From a virus (lineage: Duplodnaviria > Caudoviricetes): a stretch of 27,938 nt of DNA. The stretch spans positions 1 through 27,938 of IMG/VR virus record IMGVR_UViG_3300044297_000132. One strand, written 5' to 3'. The notes under the pieces were generated by a model, which searched no databases, was not told where the DNA came from, and worked only from the letters and a program-made list of their open reading frames with translations. Below are positions 1-7,279 of the stretch, in pieces (position 1 is the first letter of the stretch; every line of letters starts with the position of its first letter). Made by a program: the position numbers and the translations under genes.

Positions 1-399
1 AATGCGGGCGTTCTGCGCCCAGCCGATCTTGATCAGAGTGCCGCCATGAACGAAGTAGACGCACTCGCGCGTCAGGGCTTCATCGTCTTTCGCAACCGGA
101 ACCGGCGGCGCAAACAGGTTCAATGCTGCTTTGATGTGGTCGCGCTTCCACACGTCGCCGGTCAAGTACGGATAGGGCGGCTGGATACGCTTGGTCTCGA
201 CCAGCATCCGCAGCGTTTTCCGCGTGATGCCGCAGATCGCGCGCACTTCCTTTTCGGTCAGATAGTTCGCGTTCAACTCGTCCAGCACGTCCTGCCGGAT
301 TGAACTATCCGGACCGAGGCCGAACCGTGCAAGTGCTTCCTCACGCATGAGGCCGCGCGGCTCCAGTCCGACCGCAGACAGCACAGAGCGTGATTTCAT
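1..399 (-). CDS. Excisionase/AlpA-like HTH protein fused to a T5orf172-type GIY-YIG domain (runs off the window edge)
   Basis: Manual translation, not in the ORF track: MKSRSVLSAVGLEPRGLMREEALARFG...NYLTEKEVRAICGITRKTLRMLVETKRIQPPYPYLTGDVWKRDHIKAAL...ECVYFVHGGTLIKIGWAQNARI. ATG overlaps the stop of the upstream gene (ATGA). Confidence 0.7.
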   Translation of the reverse strand, partial: MKSRSVLSAVGLEPRGLMREEALARFGLGPDSSIRQDVLDELNANYLTEKEVRAICGITRKTLRMLVETKRIQPPYPYLTGDVWKRDHIKAALNLFAPPVPVAKDDEALTRECVYFVHGGTLIKIGWAQNARI

Positions 400-761
400 G
401 GTATTGGTTCCCAGCGAATGATGTAGCCGGTAAAGCTGTTCGTCTCGTAGCGCTCTGAGAACCATTTCCACATCTCGGCGTAGTTCTTGAACCCATCGAG
501 GCGGGCAAACTCGTCAATGTCGCGCGGGAACCGCCGCACATCCCCGAGTGTGATGCCTTTCTCGGTCAGTCCGACATAGGTCACGTCTTTGCACACCGCA
601 TCGCGAAGCTTGCGGCATTGCTTCGTCCTCTGTCCGGTGTAGAGCTGCAGTGCAAAGCCAGGGTATATATTCCGCCGTCCGCGCCGGATCGTTTGGCACT
701 TTTCTCCGCGCTCAACCGGCTCAGCGAATTGAGCACTGAAATTGATTGCGACCATGCTCAT
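396..761 (-). CDS. ASCH-domain (PUA-like RNA-binding) protein
   Basis: INFSAQFAEPVERGEKCQTIRR, LQLYTGQRTK and FARLDGF match the ASCH GxKxxTxR pattern. ATGA-coupled to both neighbours. Confidence 0.85.
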   Translation of the reverse strand: MSMVAINFSAQFAEPVERGEKCQTIRRGRRNIYPGFALQLYTGQRTKQCRKLRDAVCKDVTYVGLTEKGITLGDVRRFPRDIDEFARLDGFKNYAEMWKWFSERYETNSFTGYIIRWEPIP

Positions 762-1039
762 TCCCCCTTCGCTTTGGCCAATGCCGCGTCAGATTGAAGG
801 CTCCACATCGAATAGGCGCCTAGGAATGCGCCGACCTCGGGGAACTGCTCGGTCAGTTTGTTCGCTACATCGGAGTGCATGAAAGCGTTGAGTACGGAGA
901 TATCCGGCTTTCGCTCCAACGCCTCGGCTAGATCTGGCGCTGCGGCGAGGGCAGCGCGGAGCCGGAGGATTTCGGCGGCGGCTTGCTCTTTATCGAGGTC
1001 TGTTTTGAACGACAGCAGCCGTTCCACGATGTCGGTCAT
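758..1039 (-). CDS. Hypothetical phage protein
   Basis: MTDIVERL...AAAEILRLRA and AAAPDLAEALE...AALAKAKGE are typical phage early-gene motifs. Start 1039 overlaps the upstream stop. Confidence 0.7.
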   Translation of the reverse strand: MTDIVERLLSFKTDLDKEQAAAEILRLRAALAAAPDLAEALERKPDISVLNAFMHSDVANKLTEQFPEVGAFLGAYSMWSLQSDAALAKAKGE

Positions 1040-1266
1040 TTCGGTATCTCCGGACCCAAACGGCTGTATAGGTACGCAAACACACGAGCTCGGGCCGGCA
1101 CGTCCAACACCTCGAGCTGTCTCAAGCACTCGTGCATCGCCATGACCTCGCCGTCGATGTAGGTGGGGTCTGTCACTTCCACGGGCTCATAGCGCTCGTC
1201 GTTGTCGGCGTGGCCGAGAACCTTTTTCGGTCTGAACCATCCGGTGCGCTCTGCTGCGGCTGCCAT
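1036..1266 (-). CDS. Hypothetical phage protein
   Basis: MAAAAERTGWFRPKK... starts at a TGATG overlap with the HNH stop and ends in an ATGA overlap. Confidence 0.6.
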   Translation of the reverse strand: MAAAAERTGWFRPKKVLGHADNDERYEPVEVTDPTYIDGEVMAMHECLRQLEVLDVPARARVFAYLYSRLGPEIPK

Positions 1267-1580
1267 CAGCGCCACCCTTTCCCTTTCCGAAACCTCTTGG
1301 GAACGCAGTGCTTCGTCGCCATCCGCCGGCCGTGGCCTGCAAGGGAAGCATCTTCTGCGGTCTTTTCCTCGTGACACCAGTCGCAGCACGGGGCCAAGTT
1401 TGCGTCGTCATCCGTGCCGCCATTCTCAAGCGCGATTTTATGATCCGCGTCCCAATCATCGGCCGGCCCAAGCTTGCGCCCGCACTTGTGACACTTGCCG
1501 CCGGCCGCTTGGAAAATCCGCGCCCGCCGTTGCGGCGTCATCGCCCCGCGCTTGTGGTGCTGGAAGCTGGTGCCGGTCAT
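1266..1580 (-). CDS. HNH endonuclease
   Basis: CHKC...DADHKIALENGGTDDDANLAPCCDWCHEEKT, the canonical HNH pattern with Zn-binding CxxC pairs. Confidence 0.92.
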   Translation of the reverse strand: MTGTSFQHHKRGAMTPQRRARIFQAAGGKCHKCGRKLGPADDWDADHKIALENGGTDDDANLAPCCDWCHEEKTAEDASLAGHGRRMATKHCVPKRFRKGKGWR

Positions 1581-2068
1581 ATCGGAACCTCTGCAAGCAG
1601 CTCACGCTTCAACCCAGCCGACGGCCGCAGCGGCGGCATGATCTGCTCGGCTTTCAAGCCGGTCTCGGCTTCAATGGTCTCGGCCACGGCATCGAACAGG
1701 GCGCAGGCGGCCAGATGCGGCAGCGTGTCGAAGTCTATCGACTTGCTCTCGACGATGTGGAACTTGCCGCCGACCACGGATGTGAAGTGCATCGGATCAG
1801 CCGCGGCCAGCTCGGCAGCGATTGCGACGATGGCGTCTTGCTTGTCCATGCCTGCCGTGTCCACGGTCCTGATATTGTGGTATCCTGACTTCGCCTGTAG
1901 CCACTTGCGCATATGTTCTTCTGACGTCGGTTTGAATCGGTGCTCGTCTGGCCAGTGCGAGAACGCGGCTTTGATCAAAGCGAAGTACCGGCGATGCTGA
2001 GGGACAGAGCGCGGCTTGCCCTTCGGCTTTGCCTCGACGTCGCAGCCGCAATGGGGGCAGTTTGTCAT
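1577..2068 (-). CDS. DUF1367/NinB-like recombination-associated protein with N-terminal Zn knuckle
   Basis: MTNCPHCG, KPRSVPQHRRYFALI, EHMRKWLQAKSGY and SKSIDF motifs. Adjacent to an HNH gene. Confidence 0.6.
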   Translation of the reverse strand: MTNCPHCGCDVEAKPKGKPRSVPQHRRYFALIKAAFSHWPDEHRFKPTSEEHMRKWLQAKSGYHNIRTVDTAGMDKQDAIVAIAAELAAADPMHFTSVVGGKFHIVESKSIDFDTLPHLAACALFDAVAETIEAETGLKAEQIMPPLRPSAGLKRELLAEVPI

Positions 2069-2283
2069 GGGTCTATCCCAAGCTCTGCACACACCATGGC
2101 CAGCGCTGCCTTGGCCCGACGCCGATCATCCGCCCTTGCGAATGCCTTGCAGCCGAGCTCCAAGACTGGCTTCACCGTCCGCATGACGATCTCTGCCGAG
2201 TAGTCCGGGCGATCCCGTTCCTGCCGGTTGAGGGCGTGGATCAGCATCTCGGCGGCTTCCCTGACTGTCGGTTCTGCGCCCAT
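2065..2283 (-). CDS. Hypothetical phage protein
   Basis: 72-aa ORF with GGAGG SD and ATGA coupling to the downstream gene. Confidence 0.6.
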   Translation of the reverse strand: MGAEPTVREAAEMLIHALNRQERDRPDYSAEIVMRTVKPVLELGCKAFARADDRRRAKAALAMVCAELGIDP

Positions 2284-2410
2284 GCTTGCCTCCGTAGATC
2301 TGCACGAACTGCCACGCGTTCTGCCGGCGGACGCCGAGCTTCACGGCTATGTCTTCCGCGCCATAGCCGCGCCGCGCCATTTCTTCCATCTGCAGGAGAA
2401 GGCTGCTCAT
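2126..2410 (-). CDS. Small HTH-like protein (3' part overlaps the next gene)
   Basis: MSSLLLQMEEMARRGYGAEDIAVKLGVRRQNAWQFV is HTH-like. The ATG overlaps the stop of the DnaA-IV gene. Confidence 0.5.
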   Translation of the reverse strand: MSSLLLQMEEMARRGYGAEDIAVKLGVRRQNAWQFVQIYGGKHGRRTDSQGSRRDADPRPQPAGTGSPGLLGRDRHADGEASLGARLQGIRKGG

Positions 2411-2889
2411 TCGGCAACCGCGTTCTGCTTGCGCGACGACGACCAAATGCGCTTAGCACTGACTTCTATCTTTGTGACGTGCGCTTGAAGCCACGGCGTC
2501 TCGCGGCATTTGTCGCGCACCCGTTTGACCGCGTGCATAACGCTCGTGTGGTCGCTGTAGCCGAGCATGAGAGCCGCCTGCGGAAAGCTCAGGCCGATCT
2601 TGTGCAGCAGGTAAGCCGCGATGTGGCGAAACGTGACGAGCGGCTCTGCGCGGCACGCTATCCGCAACTCGTCAATCGTGACGTTGTATTGCTCGCAGAC
2701 GGCTTGCATTACCGCGCTTGCCTTGGCTGCGTCGATGCCGGGCCGACGCCCCCGAAGGATGTTGACACCGTTCCGCTTCAACCTCAGACTTGCATCTCTG
2801 AACTGAATGTTGTGCCGATGGCATATCTCGGCGACGGTCAGCCCGTTCTCGTAGGCGACGATTAGTTCCGTATCAGTTACCCCCACCAT
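2407..2889 (-). CDS. Stand-alone DnaA C-terminal (domain IV, Bac_DnaA_C) DNA-binding protein with extra N-terminal HTH
   Basis: AVCEQYNVTIDEL...R...LVTFRHIAAYLLHKIGLSFPQAALMLGYSDHTSVMHAVKRV matches the DnaA signature (GRDHTTV.HA). Confidence 0.85.
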   Translation of the reverse strand: MVGVTDTELIVAYENGLTVAEICHRHNIQFRDASLRLKRNGVNILRGRRPGIDAAKASAVMQAVCEQYNVTIDELRIACRAEPLVTFRHIAAYLLHKIGLSFPQAALMLGYSDHTSVMHAVKRVRDKCRETPWLQAHVTKIEVSAKRIWSSSRKQNAVAE

Positions 2890-2901
2890 GACGCTTACTC
2901 C

Positions 2902-3750
2902 CTATTCCGCCGCCTGTGCCTTCAACTGCTCAAACTTCGCATCGTATTCGCCGGCAAGGTTCTCCCAATCAGCCTCGGGATACGCCTCACGGAGATGGCT
3001 AAGCATCTCGGCGTTGATGCATTCGGCGATTGCTTTGCGCGCCTCGGCCGTCTCCGTCGATGGCGCTTCATCGGGAATGTCGGGGAGCTCCAGAGCCGGC
3101 ACCTTGGCCGGTGTCACGTCCCTGATTTCGCGCGGCGCCATGTCCTCGGCTTCCTCGCGGATCTGGATGCCTTTGAGGGCATCGGCCGCGCCGTCCTTAC
3201 CGGCAAAGCCGAGTGCGCGGGCCTTGAGCATGCGCTGCGGGTAGCGAAACCACGCGCTGTCATTGGGCTTCGTCTTGCCGAATGACACTTTGGTCGGCGA
3301 CTGATCCCAGAGCCCGGCGCGCTTGGCGTCGGCCACAGAGAACTTGCCGGTGATCTTGTCGCCGTCCGGGCGCGTGATCTCGCAATGCGCCGTCCAATCG
3401 TCGGCCATTTCCGTCCCGGTGAACCACTCGCGAATTTTGAAACCGCGCGCCCAGATGATCCCCGGCACAGCCTCGGAGTGCGCCGCGATGCGCCCGTTGA
3501 TCATGGCCAGCAGCTGGATGGACTGCATGGGCGGGACGCCGATCTCCATTCCCTGCATGATGATCATGGTGCCGCGCGCCAACGTGGCCTCGGTGTCCTC
3601 CGTCTGCGCGTTCTCGCCAAAGCCGGACTTGAGCGGCTTCAGCATGCCGGACCGGAACGCCATGGTGGCCAGCCGGTACACGTCCTCGATGGTCTGCGGG
3701 ACGATGGGCGAGAGATGCCCGCCCGCGCGGAGTGTTGCGACGTTGCTCAT
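2902..3750 (-). CDS. RecT-like single-strand annealing recombinase
   Basis: IMQGMEIGVPPMQSIQLLAMINGR, FSVADAKRAGLW and WFRYPQRMLKARALGFA.D motifs. Located in the leftward recombination operon. Confidence 0.75.
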   Translation of the reverse strand: MSNVATLRAGGHLSPIVPQTIEDVYRLATMAFRSGMLKPLKSGFGENAQTEDTEATLARGTMIIMQGMEIGVPPMQSIQLLAMINGRIAAHSEAVPGIIWARGFKIREWFTGTEMADDWTAHCEITRPDGDKITGKFSVADAKRAGLWDQSPTKVSFGKTKPNDSAWFRYPQRMLKARALGFAGKDGAADALKGIQIREEAEDMAPREIRDVTPAKVPALELPDIPDEAPSTETAEARKAIAECINAEMLSHLREAYPEADWENLAGEYDAKFEQLKAQAAE

Positions 3751-4748
3751 ACGGCCACCTTTTCTTCGTAGCTGCGCACACCGGGAACCGCCGCGCCGGC
3801 ACGAACCTGCGCAAAGGCCACCTTCTCGACAGCGGCGCGCACGTCGGCGTGATCCTTGCAGTGCGCGAGCGCTGCGGCGTAGTCGGTCAGTTCGTAGCGG
3901 GTCAGCGTCCGCAAGCTGGCTTTCTTGCCCCGCTGGCCGCCGGCCTGCAGCTTGACGGGCTCAGGGGCAACGAATACGGGCGATGGCGGCTCTGGCATGG
4001 GCTCAGGGGGCGGCGGCGGGATTTCAGCTTCCTGCGCTGCCTGCCGGGCCTTCTCAGCCTCAGCACGGGCCGCAGCAGCTTCCTCCTGCTGGCGCTTCCA
4101 CTCGGCCATGCGCCGCTCGTTTTCCTCGCGTGCCTTGCGCTCGGCCTCGGCACGGGCCTTGGCTTCCTCGGCCGCCAGATAGGCGCTGAGCGCGCCCCTG
4201 ATCTTGTCGGCGTCGGCCTTGGCCCCATCAACTAGCGGCTTGTATTCCGCATTGATCGTCTTCTGCGCGTCGAGATGCGGCCGGATTTTGCCCTCGCGCT
4301 CGCTGTCGGCTTTCTTGCTGAGGTCCAGCAGTCGGGCGCGATAGTTGGCCGCCATGTCCGCCGTCACCTTGTCGGCGATCGGCGTCTTGCCAAGCCAGCC
4401 CATGGCTTGCTCGCGCGCCTCGGCAATTTCCTCCGCCAGCGACACGTCGCCCGAATTGTGACCGATTGCGATCTCGCCGGGGAATGAGCCGGTGTCGAAT
4501 GCCTGCTTTGCGGCGTCCTTGGCAATCGGGTTCTTGGCGCACCACGTCCAGACCGATAGCGGGTCCACCATGTCGCCGGCCACGCGGCAGACCAAATGCC
4601 CGTCTTTGCGCCAGATCGCCACCGGCTGCCACGGGCCATCCTTGCCCTTGCGCATCTTGTAATATCCCGGATGCGGAATGTCGGCGTGCAAGGCCACTTC
4701 ATTGCCTGCCAATGCGTCACGCCAGTTCTGAAAATCGTCGCTCATCAC
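3747..4748 (-). CDS. Conserved phage protein next to the recombinase (coiled coil, Pro-rich linker)
   Basis: 333 aa. N-terminal PGYYKMRKGKDGPWQPVAIWR, a long helical region, C-terminal VPGVRSYEE. Strong codon bias and ATGA overlap with recT. Confidence 0.8.
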   Translation of the reverse strand: MMSDDFQNWRDALAGNEVALHADIPHPGYYKMRKGKDGPWQPVAIWRKDGHLVCRVAGDMVDPLSVWTWCAKNPIAKDAAKQAFDTGSFPGEIAIGHNSGDVSLAEEIAEAREQAMGWLGKTPIADKVTADMAANYRARLLDLSKKADSEREGKIRPHLDAQKTINAEYKPLVDGAKADADKIRGALSAYLAAEEAKARAEAERKAREENERRMAEWKRQQEEAAAARAEAEKARQAAQEAEIPPPPPEPMPEPPSPVFVAPEPVKLQAGGQRGKKASLRTLTRYELTDYAAALAHCKDHADVRAAVEKVAFAQVRAGAAVPGVRSYEEKVAV

Positions 4749-4752
4749 ACCC

Positions 4753-5049
4753 TCAATTCGCTGCCTTAGTCATGTGCCTACGCCGCGTCTCAGCGTAGGA
4801 ATGGGCCATCAGCTCTTGCGTCCGCTCGGGGCCGAAGCGCTCGAGTAGGAACAGAATACCCGCGCACAGCATGTTGATGCCGATCCCTTCGAAGCTCTCC
4901 GCCGTTCCGATCTCGCGAAGGTTCGTGCCAGGAACGGACGGATCAATCGGCTTGCGCTTGGCGCGGACAATAGGGAAGTCAACAAGGTCGGCGCCGCTTC
5001 TCGGATCAAACCCGCCGTCGTCGCGCGGGCATTCGTCGTTGTCAGTCAT
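4753..5049 (-). CDS. Hypothetical phage protein
   Basis: 98-aa ORF with GGAG SD, in the operon direction. Confidence 0.6.
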   Translation of the reverse strand: MTDNDECPRDDGGFDPRSGADLVDFPIVRAKRKPIDPSVPGTNLREIGTAESFEGIGINMLCAGILFLLERFGPERTQELMAHSYAETRRRHMTKAAN

Positions 5050-5240
5050 TGCGATTTCTCCGATCTTCCGCGTTCCCCACTAAGAACCCGATCACTAGCG
5101 CCGCGATCAGGAACCCCACGAAGGTTAGGAAGTGACCCATGGCTCCCATGTCCGTCTCCGATCTGTCGGGCGAGAAACGCAGCCAACGGTTCGCGGCATT
5201 TGCAGTTGAGAAGTCCGTGCTCGGTGCAGCGCTCCATCAC
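5046..5240 (-). CDS. Hypothetical phage protein (CxxH...CxC N-terminus)
   Basis: 64-aa ORF overlapping both neighbours by 4 nt. Confidence 0.45.
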   Translation of the reverse strand: MMERCTEHGLLNCKCREPLAAFLARQIGDGHGSHGSLPNLRGVPDRGASDRVLSGERGRSEKSQ

Positions 5241-5515
5241 GCCACGTCCCGATAGGTAAGCCGATGCTCGTCTTCGTAGGACTGGCCGCCAGCCTCGGCT
5301 TGCTGTTCCTCAGCGATCTGCCGATCCCAGTCTGCCTCGAATGCGTTGATCGCTGCGGCCAGCGCCTTGGCCTTCTCCGCGTTCATAAAGTAGGCGACGG
5401 CATCGGTGAATTTCGGCCCGTACTGCAGAGACAGACAGCCGGAACCGCCGGCGACATCGGCCCGCGCTTTGAACCCGCGCACGTCGTGGATATGGATCAG
5501 AGTGACTTGAGACAT
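5237..5515 (-). CDS. Hypothetical phage protein
   Basis: 92-aa ORF with GAGGGAG SD upstream of the ATG. Confidence 0.7.
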   Translation of the reverse strand: MSQVTLIHIHDVRGFKARADVAGGSGCLSLQYGPKFTDAVAYFMNAEKAKALAAAINAFEADWDRQIAEEQQAEAGGQSYEDEHRLTYRDVA

Positions 5516-5540
5516 GGTGATCTCCCTCGGTTGAAAGGTT

Positions 5541-5613
5541 GGCCGGGTGAGCGGCTCTGTCTGTTGTCCGCCCCGCTACTCACCCGGCCGTCTCATGTGC
5601 GCCCACACATGAG
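5541..5613 (-). other. Tandem RNA hairpins in the leftward operon
   Basis: GGCCGGGTGAG (5541-5551) pairs with CTCACCCGGCC (5579-5589). CTCATGTG (5592-5599) pairs with CACATGAG (5606-5613). Confidence 0.6.
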
Positions 5614-5615
5614 GT

Positions 5616-5636
5616 CTCGGCGTGCCCGCTGCCGGT
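5616..5636. repeat. 21-bp direct repeat, copy 1
   Basis: CTCGGCGTGCCCGCTGCCGGT, identical to 5904-5924, just downstream of a minus-strand stop codon. Confidence 0.9.
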
Positions 5637-5638
5637 AG

Positions 5639-5878
5639 TCAGTTGTCTTGCAAAGTGAATGTCAGGGTGGCTTTGCGAGATTTCCCGTTGATGTCGGCGA
5701 CCGTTGTGGCCTTGGCGTAAACAAGATCACCAGAAACGATCCGCCCTTCATCGATTGCGGATGCCAACTCAGCACCGAAGACATCAATTGCGTGCTGAAG
5801 AACTCCGGTCTCGTCAGCGCTTGCCGCATCGAGAATTTCAAGCGTGCCGTCTTCGCTAATGCTTGGCTTGCGCATCAT
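5639..5878 (-). CDS. Hypothetical phage protein (cassette 2)
   Basis: MMRKPSISEDGTLEILD... with GAGAGGA SD, bounded by the repeats. Confidence 0.65.
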   Translation of the reverse strand: MMRKPSISEDGTLEILDAASADETGVLQHAIDVFGAELASAIDEGRIVSGDLVYAKATTVADINGKSRKATLTFTLQDN

Positions 5879-5903
5879 TGCATCCTCTCGCATCACCGGG
5901 GCA

Positions 5904-5924
5904 CTCGGCGTGCCCGCTGCCGGT
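5904..5924. repeat. 21-bp direct repeat, copy 2
   Basis: CTCGGCGTGCCCGCTGCCGGT, identical to 5616-5636, overlapping the last base of the stop of 5924..6103. Confidence 0.9.
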
Positions 5925-6103
5925 TATTTCGATGGCGTATGCGCAACGCCGCCGTTCTTGGCCCAGGTGATGACCCGCATCGCCATGAAGGTATCGCTGT
6001 CCTTGAAGCCAAGAGAGCGGATCGCGTCGTGGACATCGGTCCCGCTGGCCGTCACAGTTTTGGCCACCGCCCCGTCTTCATATTTGATCGTGTACGCATT
6101 CAT
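5924..6103 (-). CDS. Hypothetical phage protein, first gene of the PL operon (cassette 1)
   Basis: MNAYTIKYEDGAVAKTV... with a strong AGGAGG SD. Confidence 0.7.
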   Translation of the reverse strand: MNAYTIKYEDGAVAKTVTASGTDVHDAIRSLGFKDSDTFMAMRVITWAKNGGVAHTPSK

Positions 6104-6232
6104 TCCCGCCTCCTGTATCGCTATCACCGGGGAGGCGGGTCATGAGGCGGATTGGGCTCTAAGGGGGACGAGCCGTCCGTCTCCGTCGCAGGTCAGGGTT
6201 GGCTAGGTGTCCGCCGCCCCGGTGATGAGACG

Positions 6233-6261
6233 AATCTATATAACAAGTTGTGATAGGTCAA
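6233..6261 (-). promoter_or_regulatory. Leftward early promoter PL (sigma70 type)
   Basis: Minus strand TTGACC (6261-6256), 17-bp spacer, TAGATT (6238-6233). An operator fills the spacer. Confidence 0.75.
6240..6254. promoter_or_regulatory. Operator OL1
   Basis: ATAACAAGTTGTGAT, imperfect palindrome of consensus ATAACA-N3-TGTGAT. Confidence 0.8.
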
Positions 6262-6270
6262 GCGGAAAAA

Positions 6271-6285
6271 ATCACACGGTGTTAT
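6271..6285. promoter_or_regulatory. Operator OL2
   Basis: ATCACACGGTGTTAT. The reverse complement of 6271-6288 matches 6691-6708 at 17 of 18 positions. Confidence 0.8.
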
Positions 6286-6339
6286 TCGCGTCCCGTTATG
6301 CGCGGAACTGCAACATTGTTCAAAGGCTTAGGCTGTGGA

Positions 6340-6633
6340 TTAGGCGCGAGCCGCGCGGCGCTGGTCGCGAATCACGGTCGCCAACTTGTACGGAAGACCG
6401 CTGGGATCGCCCCTGTAGAGCCAGTCTAGGGTGAGGTGGTACTCGTCACAAAGCTTCATGGCAGCCTGTAACGTCAACAGGCGCTTACCATTTTCGTACA
6501 TGTTGTATAATGGTTGCGACAAACCGGCGCGGGTGCCAAACTGTTGTTGATCTAGCCCCAAGGCTTTGCGTGCCGAGACAAGACGTCTCCCGACGTCGGT
6601 CATAAGGTCGCCTGTGTCATCGGGATCGATCAT
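6340..6633 (-). CDS. cI: Phage repressor, XRE/HTH_3 family, no peptidase S24 domain
   Basis: VGRRLVSARKALGLDQQQFGTRAGLSQPLYNMYENGKR...LTLDWLYRG. Divergent from cro and flanked by operators. Confidence 0.88.
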   Translation of the reverse strand: MIDPDDTGDLMTDVGRRLVSARKALGLDQQQFGTRAGLSQPLYNMYENGKRLLTLQAAMKLCDEYHLTLDWLYRGDPSGLPYKLATVIRDQRRAARA

Positions 6634-6651
6634 CGGCGGATCATGTATTTA

Positions 6652-6708
6652 CCCACAGTCTGTGTCTAATACCCGTTTGTGATCTTGCTACGAATAACAG
6701 CGTGTGAT
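6652..6708. promoter_or_regulatory. OR region: three operator-like sites and probable PR/PRM
   Basis: ATAACAGCGTGTGAT (6694-6708), ATACCCGTTTGTGAT (6669-6683) and a weaker CCCACAGTCTGTGTC (6652-6666). Candidate PR is TTGCTA(6685)-17-TAAATA. Confidence 0.7.
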
Positions 6709-6720
6709 AAATAGGTTGTT

Positions 6721-6996
6721 ATGCACGAAATTCGCACGATCACAGCCCTTATTGATGCCCTCGGTGGCGACACCGCAGTCGCCAACTGGCTTGGCATCTC
6801 ACAGCCTGCCGTCGCGAACTGGAAGGTTCGGGGTCACATCCCGACCGGCTGGCATCTGCGCATTGCGGCACGGCTCAGCAAGGAAAAGAAGGCGATTGAT
6901 CCAGCAGTATTCGGATTGTCGCCCGAGGAAGCGAGCGCGTTGTTTCGCCGCCCTTTGGGGCGCGCGCGAAAGCCTGAGCCTCGAGTAGCAGCATGA
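6721..6996 (+). CDS. cro: Cro/YdaS-like HTH regulator
   Basis: LIDALGGDTAVANWLGISQPAVANWKVRGHIP, divergent from the repressor. Confidence 0.88.
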   Translation: MHEIRTITALIDALGGDTAVANWLGISQPAVANWKVRGHIPTGWHLRIAARLSKEKKAIDPAVFGLSPEEASALFRRPLGRARKPEPRVAA

Positions 6997-7279
6997 GTTC
7001 CTGCCGCGCGTGTGGGGTGGCCTGACCGGAACGGGCCCACCAGGAGCACCCCGCACGGTTCTGATCCGGCAGCGCGGCAGTCCCCTTTGTTCAGCGTTTT
7101 TGTTGAGTGCGTAAACCGGCCTCATCAGCCGGACGGATGGGTCGTGTGCGGCGCTGAGCTCGGGGGAGTGGGCACCGTACGTTCGGGAAACCGAGACCAA
7201 GGCTTTCCTTGTGTGGCCTGGTTTAGTCCGTCCGCCTCATGAGACCGACCAGTGCGTGCGTCTAACCGATTGCCAGAGC

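Noticed and set aside
5616-5924. Possible CRISPR mini-array or attC cassette sites
   Set aside because: Only two 21-bp repeats separated by 267 bp containing an ORF; no cas or integron integrase and no attC R-box structure.
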